Assembly: GCA_963756425.1 (NCBI GenBank)
Contig: CAVWNW010000022.1
Location: forward strand, 187,722-251,721
Source: an uncultured bacterium
GTDB taxonomy: Bacteria; Actinomycetota; Acidimicrobiia; Acidimicrobiales; VFJN01
Direction: 5' to 3'
DNA: 64,000 nucleotides
In this document: positions 11,438-21,814 of the stretch, piece by piece
How positions within the stretch are numbered: position 1 is the first letter of the stretch
How the letters are laid out: every line of letters begins with the position of its first letter
Notes under the pieces: generated by a model
Database searches by the model: none
Told to the model about the DNA's origin: nothing
The model's input: the letters and a program-made list of their open reading frames with translations, nothing else
Program-made: the position numbers and the translations under genes

Positions 11438-12420
11438 GTCGCCGGTACCTCGCGCAGCGCCTCGTCGATGACCGCATGCGCCGCCTCCTCGTCCTCCCAT
11501 ACAGGCTGCAGCCTGTGGCCCAGCACTGCCGGCGCCAGACCCTTGACGTCGTCGGGGAGCACGTGATCCCGCCCGAACAGGGCGGCACGGCCCCGCGCGG
11601 CGCTGAGCAGCTTCACGCCGGCACGGGGGCTCGCCCCTACGGCGATCCGCTCGTGCTGGCGCGTGAACGTCAGGAGATCGACGACGTAGTGCAGCAGTCG
11701 CTCGGACGTGTGCACTCCGGCCACGGTGGCCTGCGCGCCCAAGACAGTCTCACGCGTGGCGACCGTCGCGGCGGGGCGTGGTTCGTCGCGTAGCAGGCGC
11801 ATCTCCGCCGCACGTGACGGGTACCCGAGCGACACGCGTGCGAGGAAGCGATCGTTCGACGCCAGCGGCAACGCGTACGTGCCGTCATGGCCGGCGCTTG
11901 GGTTCTGCGTGGCGATCACCATGAACGGTGGCGAGATCGGACGGGTCTCGCCATCGACGGTGACCTGCCGCTCCTCCATCGACTCCAGCAACCCCGACTG
12001 TGTCTTCGGCGTTGCCCGGTTGATCTCGTCGACCAGAACCACGTTGGCGAACACGGGACCCGGCTGGAAGTGGAACCGCCCCTCCTCGGCCCGCCAAACG
12101 TTGGCGCCGACGATGTCCGCCGGCAGCAGGTCGATCGTGGCCTGGATGCGCGTCAGTCGACCGCCCAGGCTGGAGGCCAGCGCACGGGCCAGCATCGTCT
12201 TGCCCACTCCGGGGTGGTCCTCGATCAGCAGATGGCCCCCCGCCAGCAAGGTGGCCATGATCACCTCGAGGGTGGGTTCCGACAGCTCCACGGCCGCGCG
12301 CACGCTCGCACGGACGCGCTCGGCCATCTCGGTCACCTCGATGACCGCAGGCATGCGGCCCTCCCCGAACGCACGGCTCGCATCGCCCGCGGCCAGGCGA
12401 TCGGCTGTGGGTGCGAGCAT
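11434..12420 (-). CDS. moxR: MoxR-family AAA+ ATPase
   Basis: EDHPGVGKT, DLLPADIVG, DEINRATPKTQSGLLESMEE, ATQNP, GASPRA; ATG overlaps the stop of the upstream LuxR gene (TGATG). Confidence 0.93.
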   Translation of the reverse strand: MLAPTADRLAAGDASRAFGEGRMPAVIEVTEMAERVRASVRAAVELSEPTLEVIMATLLAGGHLLIEDHPGVGKTMLARALASSLGGRLTRIQATIDLLPADIVGANVWRAEEGRFHFQPGPVFANVVLVDEINRATPKTQSGLLESMEERQVTVDGETRPISPPFMVIATQNPSAGHDGTYALPLASNDRFLARVSLGYPSRAAEMRLLRDEPRPAATVATRETVLGAQATVAGVHTSERLLHYVVDLLTFTRQHERIAVGASPRAGVKLLSAARGRAALFGRDHVLPDDVKGLAPAVLGHRLQPVWEDEEAAHAVIDEALREVPAT

Positions 12421-13352
12421 CACCTGTCCCCTTGTGCGCGCTGGGCCAGGATGACCAGGCGGGTGAGGTGGACACGCGTGTTGGTGCCGAGCTTGCGGAA
12501 GATCGACCGCAGGTGGAAGTCGACGGTGTGCGGTGACAGGAACAGGCGCTCCGCGGCCTCGCGATTGGTGAGGCCCTCGGCAACGACGTGGGCGACGCTG
12601 CGCTCGGTATCCGTGAGGCTCGCCCAGCCGCACGACGTGCGCTCGGATCGGTGGCCTGCATGGCCGCTGTTCGCGTCGAGAGGCTTGAGCTGGAGGATGA
12701 TTCCTGGCGGCTCGTCGTCCGGAACCGGCACGGCACGCACCGCCACGACACGGCCCTTGAGCTCGATCGTTGTGACGTCTTCCAGCCGGTCGCATAGACG
12801 GCCAGCGGCCACGCGGAGCACCGGCTCGTCGTCCGGGCCGACGAGCCGATCGGCGGCGGCGTTGGGGATGAACCGCCGTTCGGTGACGAGGACGAACGGG
12901 CCCTTGGCACCACGCCGATTCTTCAGGAACCGCCCGAGGGCCAGCCTTTCGGCAACCGCCTCATCGTCGACGAGGCGTTGCTGGATCTCACGGACCGCGA
13001 GGGCGGCCAAGGGGCGGACCAGCGGGTTGGCGTCGGACCGGTCGCTGACGAGCTCCAGCTGTCCGACGGTCCTACCGGTACGGGGATCGATGATCGGCGT
13101 CGCCGGGCCGGTCGCCTCTCGGAGATGGTGAACACCGAGCCGTGGTTGGGACACCCGCCGGTCGACCACGTGCCCGCCGGCATCGGACAGCACCACGCCG
13201 ATCCCGGTTCCGGCAAGGTCGCTCGCGAGGGCGTCGACGACCGGACGGGCGACGTCGACGAGCGGCCCACCTCCGTTGGAGGCCGCAACCCCCTCCCCCA
13301 TCACCGTGGGCGGCGCCCCCTGCGCCACAAGGGTTTGTGCTACCGAGCCCAT
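12420..13352 (-). CDS. LuxR-HTH regulator with degenerate GAF-like N-terminus
   Basis: GWASLTDTERSVAHVVAEGLTNREAAERLFLSPHTVDFHLRSIFRKLG; N-terminal VARPVVDALASDLAGTGIGVVLSDAGG; start codon uncertain. Confidence 0.8.
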   Translation of the reverse strand: MGSVAQTLVAQGAPPTVMGEGVAASNGGGPLVDVARPVVDALASDLAGTGIGVVLSDAGGHVVDRRVSQPRLGVHHLREATGPATPIIDPRTGRTVGQLELVSDRSDANPLVRPLAALAVREIQQRLVDDEAVAERLALGRFLKNRRGAKGPFVLVTERRFIPNAAADRLVGPDDEPVLRVAAGRLCDRLEDVTTIELKGRVVAVRAVPVPDDEPPGIILQLKPLDANSGHAGHRSERTSCGWASLTDTERSVAHVVAEGLTNREAAERLFLSPHTVDFHLRSIFRKLGTNTRVHLTRLVILAQRAQGDR

Positions 13353-13524
13353 CGAGTGGCCCTTTCCGGTTGGGGGACCCGCCGCGGGAATCACGGTCGC
13401 GCTCGGGGGTTTCGCTGTCTTGGCTGGCAGCGGGAGTCTTCGCGCCCGGCTAGTGGGGCTTGGACAATTCCTGCTAGCGGCAATGTCCGATCCGGCATCG
13501 GCGTGCGATGTTGAAACCCTCCCT

Positions 13525-13896
13525 ATGGCTCTGCGCGTACTCATCGTCGACGACAGCACCCACTTCTTGCGGGCTGCCCGGACGCTCCTCGAGCGAGAGG
13601 GCCTGCACGTCGTGGCCGAGGCATCGACGAGCGCCGAAGCGATCGAGCACGCCTACTCCGTACGGCCGGACGTCACACTGATCGACATCGACCTCGGTAA
13701 CGAGAACGGCTTCGACCTCGCCCGCCGGCTGGCTCAGGCGACGGGGGCCGTTGCTGGGCGCCTGGTGCTCGTCTCCGCCTATTCCGAAACCGACCTGCGC
13801 GAGCTCATCGACGCGAGCCCGGTTGTGGGGTTCCTGCCCAAGTCGCAGCTCTCGGGCAACGCCATTCGCCAGCTGCTCGGCGATGGTGAGGACTGA
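13525..13896 (+). CDS. Stand-alone response regulator receiver
   Basis: MALRVLIVDDS...PDVTLIDIDLGNENGFDL...VLVSAY...GFLPK. Confidence 0.9.
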   Translation: MALRVLIVDDSTHFLRAARTLLEREGLHVVAEASTSAEAIEHAYSVRPDVTLIDIDLGNENGFDLARRLAQATGAVAGRLVLVSAYSETDLRELIDASPVVGFLPKSQLSGNAIRQLLGDGED

Positions 13897-14141
13897 TCCG
13901 ACGGCGACGCGGTCGGCGGTCCAGAAGCAGAGGCCTGACGACCGCCAGCCAGCTAGGACGATTTGCCCGGTTCAGGCCGCCCGCAGCGATCCGCCGGCGT
14001 CACCAGCATCCTGCCGCATTTGGGCGCCTTCGATGTCGAGTCGGCGGCTACCCATGTCGGACCGACAAGGTTTCCAAGGTTTCGGACCAACCCTGCGCAA
14101 ATCGCGTTGCGTGCCCGACCAGGCGGCGGCAGGGTGCCGTC

Positions 14142-14732
14142 ATGCCAACCTCAGACCTCCCATCGAAGCCGAGCATCGGGATGCTTCCGGTAGCGACGGC
14201 CACGAACCCCCGGCTCGTGGGGGAGATCACCGACCTGGTGAACGAGGTCTACGCCGCCGCGGAAGCCGGGCTGTGGATCGATGGCGCCGCTCGTACCACC
14301 ACCGTCGAGATCCAGCAGATGATCGCCGCCAACGAGATCGCGGTGGCACAGGTCGACGGTCGGGTGGTGGGGGCCATCCGCATCCAGCAGCTCGATGACA
14401 GTGTCGGCGAGTTCGGCATGCTCGTCGCCCATCCCGCCCACCGCGGCGCCGGCGTCGGTCGAGAATTGATCGGTTTCGCCGAGGAGCTGTCGTGCCGGCG
14501 GGGGTTGGGGACCATGCAGCTCGAGGTGTTGCTGCCCCGCAGCTGGTCGCACCCCACCAAGGAGTTCCTCAAGGCCTGGTACACCCGCCTCGGCTACAGG
14601 CCAGTGCGCGCCGGCAGCATGGACGAGAGCTACCCACAGCTGGCCCCGCTGCTGGCGACACCGTGCGACTTCGCCGTGTATCACAAGCCCCTGAAATCGG
14701 TAGCCAATCCCGGGCGGAGCCCGGTCGACTGA
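14142..14732 (+). CDS. GNAT N-acetyltransferase
   Basis: FGMLVAHPAHRGAGVGREL acetyl-CoA motif; WYTRLGY. Confidence 0.88.
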   Translation: MPTSDLPSKPSIGMLPVATATNPRLVGEITDLVNEVYAAAEAGLWIDGAARTTTVEIQQMIAANEIAVAQVDGRVVGAIRIQQLDDSVGEFGMLVAHPAHRGAGVGRELIGFAEELSCRRGLGTMQLEVLLPRSWSHPTKEFLKAWYTRLGYRPVRAGSMDESYPQLAPLLATPCDFAVYHKPLKSVANPGRSPVD

Positions 14733-14736
14733 GCCA

Positions 14737-15324
14737 GTGGGTATCGCATTCGGGTCACTCCCGCCCACCGCCTCGTGGCGACATGTGGACGCCCGGGACG
14801 GCTTCGAGGTGGTCTTCCTGCGAACCCGGGCCGGCGGCTACGAGCTCGTCGGCTCCACCACGGCCGTCGAGGACGGCCAGGCATGGGCCGCGCATTATGA
14901 GATCGTTGTCGACGCCGCGTGGCGAACCCGCGCCGCGTATGTGAGCAGCCGTTCAACGTCTGGTGACCACGAGGTCCGGCTGGAGGCCGACGGGTCCGGC
15001 CACTGGCGCATCGGCGACGTCGCCGCGCCCCAGCTCGACGGATGCTTAGACGTCGACCTCGAGGCGTCGTCGTGCACCAACACGCTGCCGGTCCATCGTT
15101 TGGGGTTGGCCGTGGGCCAGGGCGCCGACGCCCCGGCGGCGTACGTGCGGGCCCTCGACGTGGATGTCGAACGGCTGGAACAGCGCTACGTCCGGATCGA
15201 GGACGACGGCGCCCGGCGGCGGTTCGACTACACGGCGCCGAGGTTCGACTACAACGGCGTACTGGTCTACGACCGGTCCGGGTTGGTCCTCGACTACCCG
15301 GGCATCGCTGTCCGCGGCATTTAG
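14737..15324 (+). CDS. Putative glycolipid-binding domain protein
   Basis: LDGCLDVDLEASSCTNTLPVHRLGL, LEQRY, D..GLVLDYPG family motifs. Confidence 0.82.
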   Translation: MGIAFGSLPPTASWRHVDARDGFEVVFLRTRAGGYELVGSTTAVEDGQAWAAHYEIVVDAAWRTRAAYVSSRSTSGDHEVRLEADGSGHWRIGDVAAPQLDGCLDVDLEASSCTNTLPVHRLGLAVGQGADAPAAYVRALDVDVERLEQRYVRIEDDGARRRFDYTAPRFDYNGVLVYDRSGLVLDYPGIAVRGI

Positions 15325-15353
15325 CCCCGGCACAGCCGGCACACTGGATGCCA

Positions 15354-16031
15354 TCAGCACGGTGTGCATTCCCGTTCCGGCGACTCGACACCCCTAGACC
15401 CACCCCACCGGACGGCGGCGAACGCGACGGCCATCAGGCAAGCGGGCACGGCGAACCACGGGGCCAGCGCGGCGAACGTCTCACCCAGCGTCGGGAACGC
15501 CTTCCCGACCCGCCAGACGAGAAGGACTCGGACGAGCGTTCCCGTGACGTTCGCCGCTGCGACGCCGCCCGCGGGGAGCCCACCGCCCCCGGCCAACAGC
15601 ATCGTCTTGGCGGTGGGCGAGGCAGCCACCGCGGCCAGCCAGAGCCAACTCGAACGAGACGGCAGCCGATCCGGCAGGCGACGCAGCCCGCGAACATGAC
15701 GCCCGGCGGACATCACCGCCGGGCCCGCGGCACGCCCGAGCAAGAAGTACAGGGGGTCGGCCGCGCACAGCCTTGCGACCGAAGCCACGAGGAAGACAAG
15801 CAGTGGCGCCTCGCGCGCTAGGGCCATCAGATATCCGGTCCGGGGGTTGAGCGCCACCAACCCGAGGGGGCAACGTTCGAGGAAGACTGGGCTGAGCAGG
15901 TCGCCGACGGTCGCTGCCGCACTGAACGCTGCGACCGCGCCGGCCAGGATGGCGATCCGCCGGCTGCCGAGAGATGAGCGAAGAGACTGGAGGCGAGAGC
16001 CGGGTGTCAGACCGACTCCCGCCGGCGTCAC
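15354..16031 (-). CDS. Membrane protein (DedA/VTT-like)
   Basis: Hydrophobic helices, PLGLVALNPR, DPLYFLLGR; start uncertain. Confidence 0.65.
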   Translation of the reverse strand: MTPAGVGLTPGSRLQSLRSSLGSRRIAILAGAVAAFSAAATVGDLLSPVFLERCPLGLVALNPRTGYLMALAREAPLLVFLVASVARLCAADPLYFLLGRAAGPAVMSAGRHVRGLRRLPDRLPSRSSWLWLAAVAASPTAKTMLLAGGGGLPAGGVAAANVTGTLVRVLLVWRVGKAFPTLGETFAALAPWFAVPACLMAVAFAAVRWGGSRGVESPERECTPC

Positions 16032-16094
16032 GGCGGGACTTCCCCGGACTGCACGGCCGGTCGCCTCACGCCATCACTGTCGCTCCGCCGGTTG

Positions 16095-16960
16095 TGCGGA
16101 GGAGGAGGGCTACGTGGTGCTGCACCAGGCGGCCCGTCTCGCCAGCACGTGCCGCATCTTCGCTCCGATCTACCGCCAGCGGACGCTGACCGCGCGCTTG
16201 CGTCGCTGGGCGGCTCGGACTCGCCGGCTGGGCAAGAGGGCGATCCGGTCGCCGACGTTCTCGACGCCTTCCGGTTCTACATGGCCGAGGACAACGACGG
16301 CCGGGGATTCGTGCTCGTGGGCCATTCGCAGGGCGCAGGACTGCTGAACGAGCTGATAGGGATCGAGATCGACCCGCCGAGGACGTGCGCGAACGCCTGG
16401 TCGCCGCCTACCTCGCCGGCGCCGCCGTGGCCGTCCCCGAGGGCGCGGTCGGCGGGGGCGATTTCCAGAACGTGCCGCTATGCACCGCGCCGGACGAGAC
16501 CGGCTGTGTGCTGACGTGGGCGACGTTCCGGTCGACTGCGCCACCGCCGCCCAACTCGTTCTTCGGCCGGCCCCGCGACGGCGAGGGCGCCGCCGGCTGC
16601 GTCAATCCGGCGGCCGTCGGCGGCGAGTCGGCGGAGCTCACCCCGTACTTCCCCGCGGACGCCTCCGCGTCCATCTTCAGCACGCTCGGCGTCGGCGCCG
16701 GATCACGGGGGTGGCTGCCGGGCACCGACATCACCACGCCGTTCGTGACGCTGCCGGGCCTGGTCTCGGGCGAGTGCGCGTCCCAGGGCGGCTTCAACTA
16801 CCTGTCGGTCACCGTCAACGCCGACCCGAGCGACCCGCGCGCCGACGACATCGGCGGCGACCTGACCCCCGAGTGGGGACTGCACCTCATAGACGTATCC
16901 ATCGTCATGGGCGACATCGTCGAGCGGATCGAGGATCAGGCGGCCGCCTACACGGGTTGA
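16095..16960 (+). pseudogene. DUF3089 alpha/beta-hydrolase, 5'-truncated with two frameshifts
   Basis: QAARLASTCRIFAPIYRQ, GRGFVLVGHSQGA and WGLHLIDVSIVMGD lie in three frames; no N-terminal part or start codon. Confidence 0.8.
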
Positions 16961-16978
16961 GCGGCGACCGCGTTTCTC

Positions 16979-17995
16979 CTACCCGAGCGAACGCGAACGC
17001 TGCTCGCTGCCGGGGGCACCGTAGGGGTAGTCGGCGACGAGCGGCGCGCTCGCGTCGGTGAGCCTCTGGGCTTCCTTGTCGGACAGGTGCAGGTCGGCGG
17101 CGCCGAGGTTCTCGTCGAGCTGGGCGACGCTGCGGGCACCGAGGATCACCGACGTCACGGCCGGGCGGTCGGCGACCCAGGCGAGCGCAACCTGGGACAT
17201 CGGCACGCCGCGGCCCTCGGCGACCTCACGGACCGCGTCGATGATCCGCCACGTGCGCTCGCGCGCGTTGCGCGGGCCATACGCCTCCATCCCCCGCCCC
17301 GGGTCCTCGCCGAGGCGAGTCGCGCCCATCGGCGGCTCATCGCGGCCGTACTTGCCGGTCAGCCAGCCGCCGGCGAGCGGTGACCACGGCAGGATCCCGA
17401 TGCCCTCGTTGCGGCACACGTCGACGATCTCCAGCTCGACGTCGCGCACGAGCAGGTTGTACTGCGGCTGCAGCGTGACGATTGGCGCGGCGTCGCTCGC
17501 CATGAGCGCAGCCTTCTGCAGCTGCCAGCCGAGGAAGTTACTGACACCGGCGTAGCGGATCTTGCCCGCGCGGACGGCGTCGTCGAAGAACCCGAGCGTC
17601 TCCTCGATCGGGGTCAGCGGGTCCCAGGCGTGTGCCTGGTAGAGGTCAACGGTGTCGACGCCGAGGCGGCGAAGGCTCGCGTCCAGCGCCCGGCCGAGGT
17701 GCGTGCGGGAAAGCCCGGCGTCGTTGCGCCCGTCGCCCATGGGGAAGCGGCCCTTGGTGGCGATGACCAGGCGGTCGCGCCGATCGGGTCGAGCTGCGAG
17801 CCACCGCCCGATGATCTCCTCGGACCGCCCTCGCGAGTACACGTCGGCGGTGTCGACGAAGTTCCCGCCGTGCTCTACGAACCGGTCCAGCTGTGCATGC
17901 GCGGTCTGCTCATCGCTCTCGTGGCCGAACGTCATGCCCCCGAGGCACTGTGCGGACACGACCGTGCCCGAGCCGCCCAGTGTGCGGTACTCCAC
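16979..17995 (-). CDS. Aldo/keto reductase
   Basis: CLGGMTFG, DTADVYS, IATK, DLYQAHAWD, GVSNF, QPQYNLL, WSPLAGGWLTGKY. Confidence 0.95.
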   Translation of the reverse strand: MEYRTLGGSGTVVSAQCLGGMTFGHESDEQTAHAQLDRFVEHGGNFVDTADVYSRGRSEEIIGRWLAARPDRRDRLVIATKGRFPMGDGRNDAGLSRTHLGRALDASLRRLGVDTVDLYQAHAWDPLTPIEETLGFFDDAVRAGKIRYAGVSNFLGWQLQKAALMASDAAPIVTLQPQYNLLVRDVELEIVDVCRNEGIGILPWSPLAGGWLTGKYGRDEPPMGATRLGEDPGRGMEAYGPRNARERTWRIIDAVREVAEGRGVPMSQVALAWVADRPAVTSVILGARSVAQLDENLGAADLHLSDKEAQRLTDASAPLVADYPYGAPGSEQRSRSLG

Positions 17996-18067
17996 GCCGA
18001 TCGAACCTACTAGTGGGCGCTCGCGGAAGTTCCGTGGATGTATCGCCGAGTCAGATGCGAGCGCTGG

Positions 18068-19027
18068 TCAGCGATAGCGCTCGGTGTCGGGTGGCTTGCC
18101 GGCGTCCTGCACCTCGACGAGGTAACGCCAGGCATCGGGGGCGCTGCCGTCGAGGTCGACGAAGCCGTACTCCTTCGCCAGCTGGCCCGACGACAGCGAC
18201 GCCTGGTTCCACCGCGAGACCTTCGGGTCGGCCGCCAGCGCCGTGACGGCGCGGCCGACGAAGCGTGGCGTCTCGGAGATGCCGAAGTGACCAGGGTCGG
18301 GATACGGCGGTGTGTGGGGGCGGGCGAGCACGTCACGCCAGTTGTCCTCGGTGACCTCGTAGGCCTCGAGCATCATCTCTGACCGCAGCCAGCCCGGACT
18401 GAGCGCCACTGCAGTGCAGGCATGCGGGCCGAGCTCGTGTCCTTGGCTGAACGCGAGGCGGATCACGGCGCTCTTGGCCAGGTCGTAGAACACGGACAGG
18501 CGGTAGTTGGCGGCGTTGTACTCCGCGGTGCCGTCGGTCACCTCCACGACCAGGCCGCCGGGGTTGCGGATGAGCAGGGGTAGTGCGAAGTGGCTGGTCA
18601 CTAGGTGCGTCTCGATGGCGAGCCGCAACAGCCGGAGGCCGTTGGCCAGGTCGTGCTCCCAGATCGGCGTGTTCCATTGGACGAGCTTCTCGCCGCCCCA
18701 GATGTTGTTGACGAGGATGTCGAGCCGACCCGCCTCGGCGTCGATCTGCTCGACGAGTGCCGCCACCGCGTCCTGATCGAGGTGGTCGACGACCACTGCC
18801 GTTGCCGTGCCGCCGGCGGCGGCCACGAGCTCGGCGGTCTCCGCGATCGTCTCGGGCCGCTCGTACTCCGACTGGCGCTCGGCTGTCGTACGGCCGGTCA
18901 CGAACACGTGGGCCCCGGCGGCCCCGAGCTCGATGGCGATCCCCCGGCCGGCGCCACGCGTGGCACCGGCCACGAGCGCGACCCTGCCGGCCAGGTCGGG
19001 CGGGGACCATGAAGATGGTTCGGTCAT
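18068..19027 (-). CDS. SDR oxidoreductase (DHRS1-like)
   Basis: VAGATRGAGRGIA, LVNN, YDLAK (YxxxK), SETPRFVGRAV. Confidence 0.92.
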   Translation of the reverse strand: MTEPSSWSPPDLAGRVALVAGATRGAGRGIAIELGAAGAHVFVTGRTTAERQSEYERPETIAETAELVAAAGGTATAVVVDHLDQDAVAALVEQIDAEAGRLDILVNNIWGGEKLVQWNTPIWEHDLANGLRLLRLAIETHLVTSHFALPLLIRNPGGLVVEVTDGTAEYNAANYRLSVFYDLAKSAVIRLAFSQGHELGPHACTAVALSPGWLRSEMMLEAYEVTEDNWRDVLARPHTPPYPDPGHFGISETPRFVGRAVTALAADPKVSRWNQASLSSGQLAKEYGFVDLDGSAPDAWRYLVEVQDAGKPPDTERYR

Positions 19028-19042
19028 CGGTGATACCTCGTA

Positions 19043-19064
19043 TATAAACGACTGTTCGTTTATA
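19043..19064. promoter_or_regulatory. Putative TetR operator (TATAAACGA-N4-TCGTTTATA)
   Basis: Perfect 9-bp AT-rich inverted repeat in the 49-bp gap between the divergent SDR and tetR genes. Confidence 0.8.
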
Positions 19065-19076
19065 CTCCCACGCGCC

Positions 19077-19667
19077 ATGCCGCGCAAGCGCACGATCCCC
19101 GACGAGGATCTCCTCGACGCCGCCCTCGGACTCGTGCGCGAGGTCGGCCCCGACGCCGTGAGCTTCGGCAGCCTCGCCGGCCGCGTGGACCTCGCGCCCT
19201 CGACATTGGTGCAGCGGTTCGGCTCGAAGCCCGCGCTGCTGCAGGCCGCTCTCCTCCGAGCCTGGGCGCAACTCGAGGCGGCCACCGACCATGCCATCGC
19301 CGCCGCGCCGGACGGACCCGCCGGCGTTGTCGAGCTGCTGGTCTCGCTCACGGGCCAGTACGACGCGCACGACTTCGCCGACCAGCTGCGGGTGCTGCGC
19401 GAGGACCTCCGTGACCCCGTCCTGCGCGAGCGGGGACAGGCGTGGTTCGCAACGTTGAGTGAGGCGGTCGAAGCGCGGCTGGTCGGTGCCAGCGGCAGGA
19501 ACGGCGACCTCGGTCGGCTGGTCGTCGCCACGTGGCAGGGCACGCTCACCGTTTGGAGCTTCACCCGGGATGCACCTGTGGTCGACGTCGTCAGCCACAT
19601 GCTCGAGGAACTGCTCGGCCGACTGCTGCCCGAGGCGAGCCGTCCACGACGCGGCCGCGGCCGTTGA
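19077..19667 (+). CDS. TetR-family regulator
   Basis: MPRKRTIPDEDLLDAALGLVREVGPDAVSFGSLAGRVDLAPSTLVQRFGSK. Confidence 0.9.
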   Translation: MPRKRTIPDEDLLDAALGLVREVGPDAVSFGSLAGRVDLAPSTLVQRFGSKPALLQAALLRAWAQLEAATDHAIAAAPDGPAGVVELLVSLTGQYDAHDFADQLRVLREDLRDPVLRERGQAWFATLSEAVEARLVGASGRNGDLGRLVVATWQGTLTVWSFTRDAPVVDVVSHMLEELLGRLLPEASRPRRGRGR

Positions 19668-19782
19668 TGTCGTCCCCGACGGACGCCACTGCCCTGCGAG
19701 TCGGCGCTATTCCGGTTGTGACGTCTGCCGCAGGACGGGCGGCCATCGCCAGCGGCGGTCGGCCGCCACGCCGGGACCGGGC

Positions 19783-20547
19783 TCAGTCGTCCTGCAGCAC
19801 GGCGAGGACGTTGCGGGCGGGATCGGTGAACCACGCGATCGGTGGGCTGTCGGGGTCCCGCAAGATGCCCCGGTCGTCCTGGGCGAAGCCGTCGTAGCGC
19901 TCGAACCGCACACCCCGCGCCGAGAGGTCCGCGACGGCGGCGCCGACGTCGGACACGGGGAAGTTGAGGATCGTGAACGTCGCCGGCGCGTGATCCGGCT
20001 TCGGGTACACGAGCACGTCTCGCCCGCTGTGCAGGTGGAGCGTGAGCAGACCGTTGGCCTCGGACACCTCGAGCCCGAGCACACCCGCGTAGAACTCGTG
20101 CGCCGCCGCGAGGTCGTCGACCGAGAAGCCGCTGAACGCCGGCGCCGCGGCCAGCGTCCCCTCTGCTCGGCCAGCAGCGGGCGCGTGACCCGGATGGAGC
20201 TGGATGATCTGCACGTAGTTGCCGTCGGGATCGATGGCCGTGGCAAACAGACCGGGCTCACGCTCCTCGAGCTCGGCCTTCCACGTCACCCCCATGCCAT
20301 CGAGGCGACGAACCACGGCCCGCGCATCGGCGACATCGAAGTTGAGGATCACCCGCCCAGGCTGCGGGTTCGAGCCGCTGACGTCTTCTCGACGATCGAT
20401 GAGAATGGTGAAGCCGCCGAAGGTCAAGAGCCGATAGCCGTTGGTCTTGGTGTCCTGCTCCGGCTCGAACGCTGCGGCGTACCACGCGTCGAGCCGCTCG
20501 GGATCGGGGCTGGCCAGCAGCATGCTGTTCAGACGGGACTTCGTCAT
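19783..20547 (-). CDS. Tandem two-domain VOC/glyoxalase protein
   Basis: Domain 1 ends [11 protein letters not shown]; domain 2 [10 protein letters not shown]...[13 protein letters not shown]; RBS GAGGAGG. Confidence 0.85.
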   Translation of the reverse strand: MTKSRLNSMLLASPDPERLDAWYAAAFEPEQDTKTNGYRLLTFGGFTILIDRREDVSGSNPQPGRVILNFDVADARAVVRRLDGMGVTWKAELEEREPGLFATAIDPDGNYVQIIQLHPGHAPAAGRAEGTLAAAPAFSGFSVDDLAAAHEFYAGVLGLEVSEANGLLTLHLHSGRDVLVYPKPDHAPATFTILNFPVSDVGAAVADLSARGVRFERYDGFAQDDRGILRDPDSPPIAWFTDPARNVLAVLQDD

Positions 20548-20592
20548 GAGTGTTCCTCCTCGAGATGCAGCAGTTGCTTCCTCGAGAACTTG

Positions 20593-20650
20593 GACCCACG
20601 CGCCAGCCGCAATTCGTCGCCCGCGATGAATTCCCGCCTCGGCGGGGGTC
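20593..20650. promoter_or_regulatory. Back-to-back ECF (SigG-like) promoters
   Basis: Plus strand CGATGA(20624-29)-N18-GTC(20648-50); minus strand CGACGA(20619-14)-N18-GTC(20595-93). Confidence 0.6.
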
Positions 20651-20693
20651 GTACTAACAGGGCGCCGAATGCCGAGGCAAAGGAGCGCGACCC

Positions 20694-21698
20694 GTGACCG
20701 ACCTCGCACATACCCTCAACGCCGACGACGTTTCCGTGGCCAGTGAGCTCGAGCGCCACCGGCCGGGGCTGACCGCCCACTGCTACCGCATGCTGGGGTC
20801 GGTGTTCGAAGCCGAAGACGCGCTGCAGGAGACGTTCATCCGGGCCTGGCGGGGATTCGATCGCTTCGAGGGGCGCGCCGCGCTGAGGTCCTGGCTGTAC
20901 CGAATAGCCACCAACGTCTGCGTCGACATGCTCAACGGACGAGCCCGACGCGCGCTCCCCATGAGCCTGGTGCCGCCGTCATCGGGCGACAGCGACCTCG
21001 GCCCGCCCATCACCGAGTCCGCCTGGGTGACGCCGATCGCAGACGGCCGGGCCATCGCTCCCAGCATCGACCCCGCCGAGTCGGTCGCCGCCCGCGACGG
21101 CATTCGACTCGCGTTCATCGCCGCCCTCCAGCATCTCCAACCCAAGCCGCGGGCCGTGCTGCTCCTCCGTGATGTGCTCGGCTGGCACGCGGACGAGGTC
21201 GCCGACGCACTCGGCACCACGGTCACCGCCGTACACAGCATGCTCCGACGCGCCCGCCGCACCATGGCCGAACGCGACACCACGCGTGACAACGGGCCTG
21301 CGCTCGGCGAGTCGGAGTGGAACCTCGTCGCCCGCTACGTCGATGCGTTCCAACGCTTCGACGTCGACGCCCTCGTCGCCCTCCTGCGCGACGACGCAAG
21401 CCTGTCGATGCCCCCGATCCCCGGCTGGCTGCGCGGCCGGAAGGCGATCGCTCAGTACTGGCGAGGCCCCGGTTCGGCCTGCCGCGGTTCGCGCTTGGTA
21501 CGAACGCGCGCGAACGGGGTGCCCGCGTTCGCCTCGTACCGGCCCGCCGCCGACGGGAGCTACCGACCCTTCGCCATCCAGGTCATCGAAATCGCTGACG
21601 GCCACATCACCGGCTTGCACGCATTCCTCGAACCGCGGCTCTTCCCGCTGTTCGAGCTACCCGACCACCTCAGCGCGCACCGCCACGCCGTCGTTTGA
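20694..21698 (+). CDS. ECF sigma factor with SnoaL-like C-terminal extension (SigG-like)
   Basis: [45 protein letters not shown]-terminal [12 protein letters not shown]...LFPLFELP. Confidence 0.92.
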   Translation: MTDLAHTLNADDVSVASELERHRPGLTAHCYRMLGSVFEAEDALQETFIRAWRGFDRFEGRAALRSWLYRIATNVCVDMLNGRARRALPMSLVPPSSGDSDLGPPITESAWVTPIADGRAIAPSIDPAESVAARDGIRLAFIAALQHLQPKPRAVLLLRDVLGWHADEVADALGTTVTAVHSMLRRARRTMAERDTTRDNGPALGESEWNLVARYVDAFQRFDVDALVALLRDDASLSMPPIPGWLRGRKAIAQYWRGPGSACRGSRLVRTRANGVPAFASYRPAADGSYRPFAIQVIEIADGHITGLHAFLEPRLFPLFELPDHLSAHRHAVV

Positions 21699-21814
21699 GA
21701 CCACGGCTCCTATCCACCAGGTTGCTGCCGGCTGTTCGGGCCCCAGGCGCGCGCGGCATGGTTGATTCACTCGTGAGCAACTGAACCTCCGCATGTGAGG
21801 AAGGAGAGCTGCGG

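Noticed and set aside
11434-12420. AAA ATPase as part of an eCIS/prophage explaining the tube-like fragments
   Set aside because: It is a MoxR enzyme in the standard DUF58/transglutaminase operon, 20 kb away; no sheath, baseplate or spike genes are in the window
18068-19834. 588-aa extended SDR
   Set aside because: The N-terminal extension is antisense to tetR; the real start is ATG 19027
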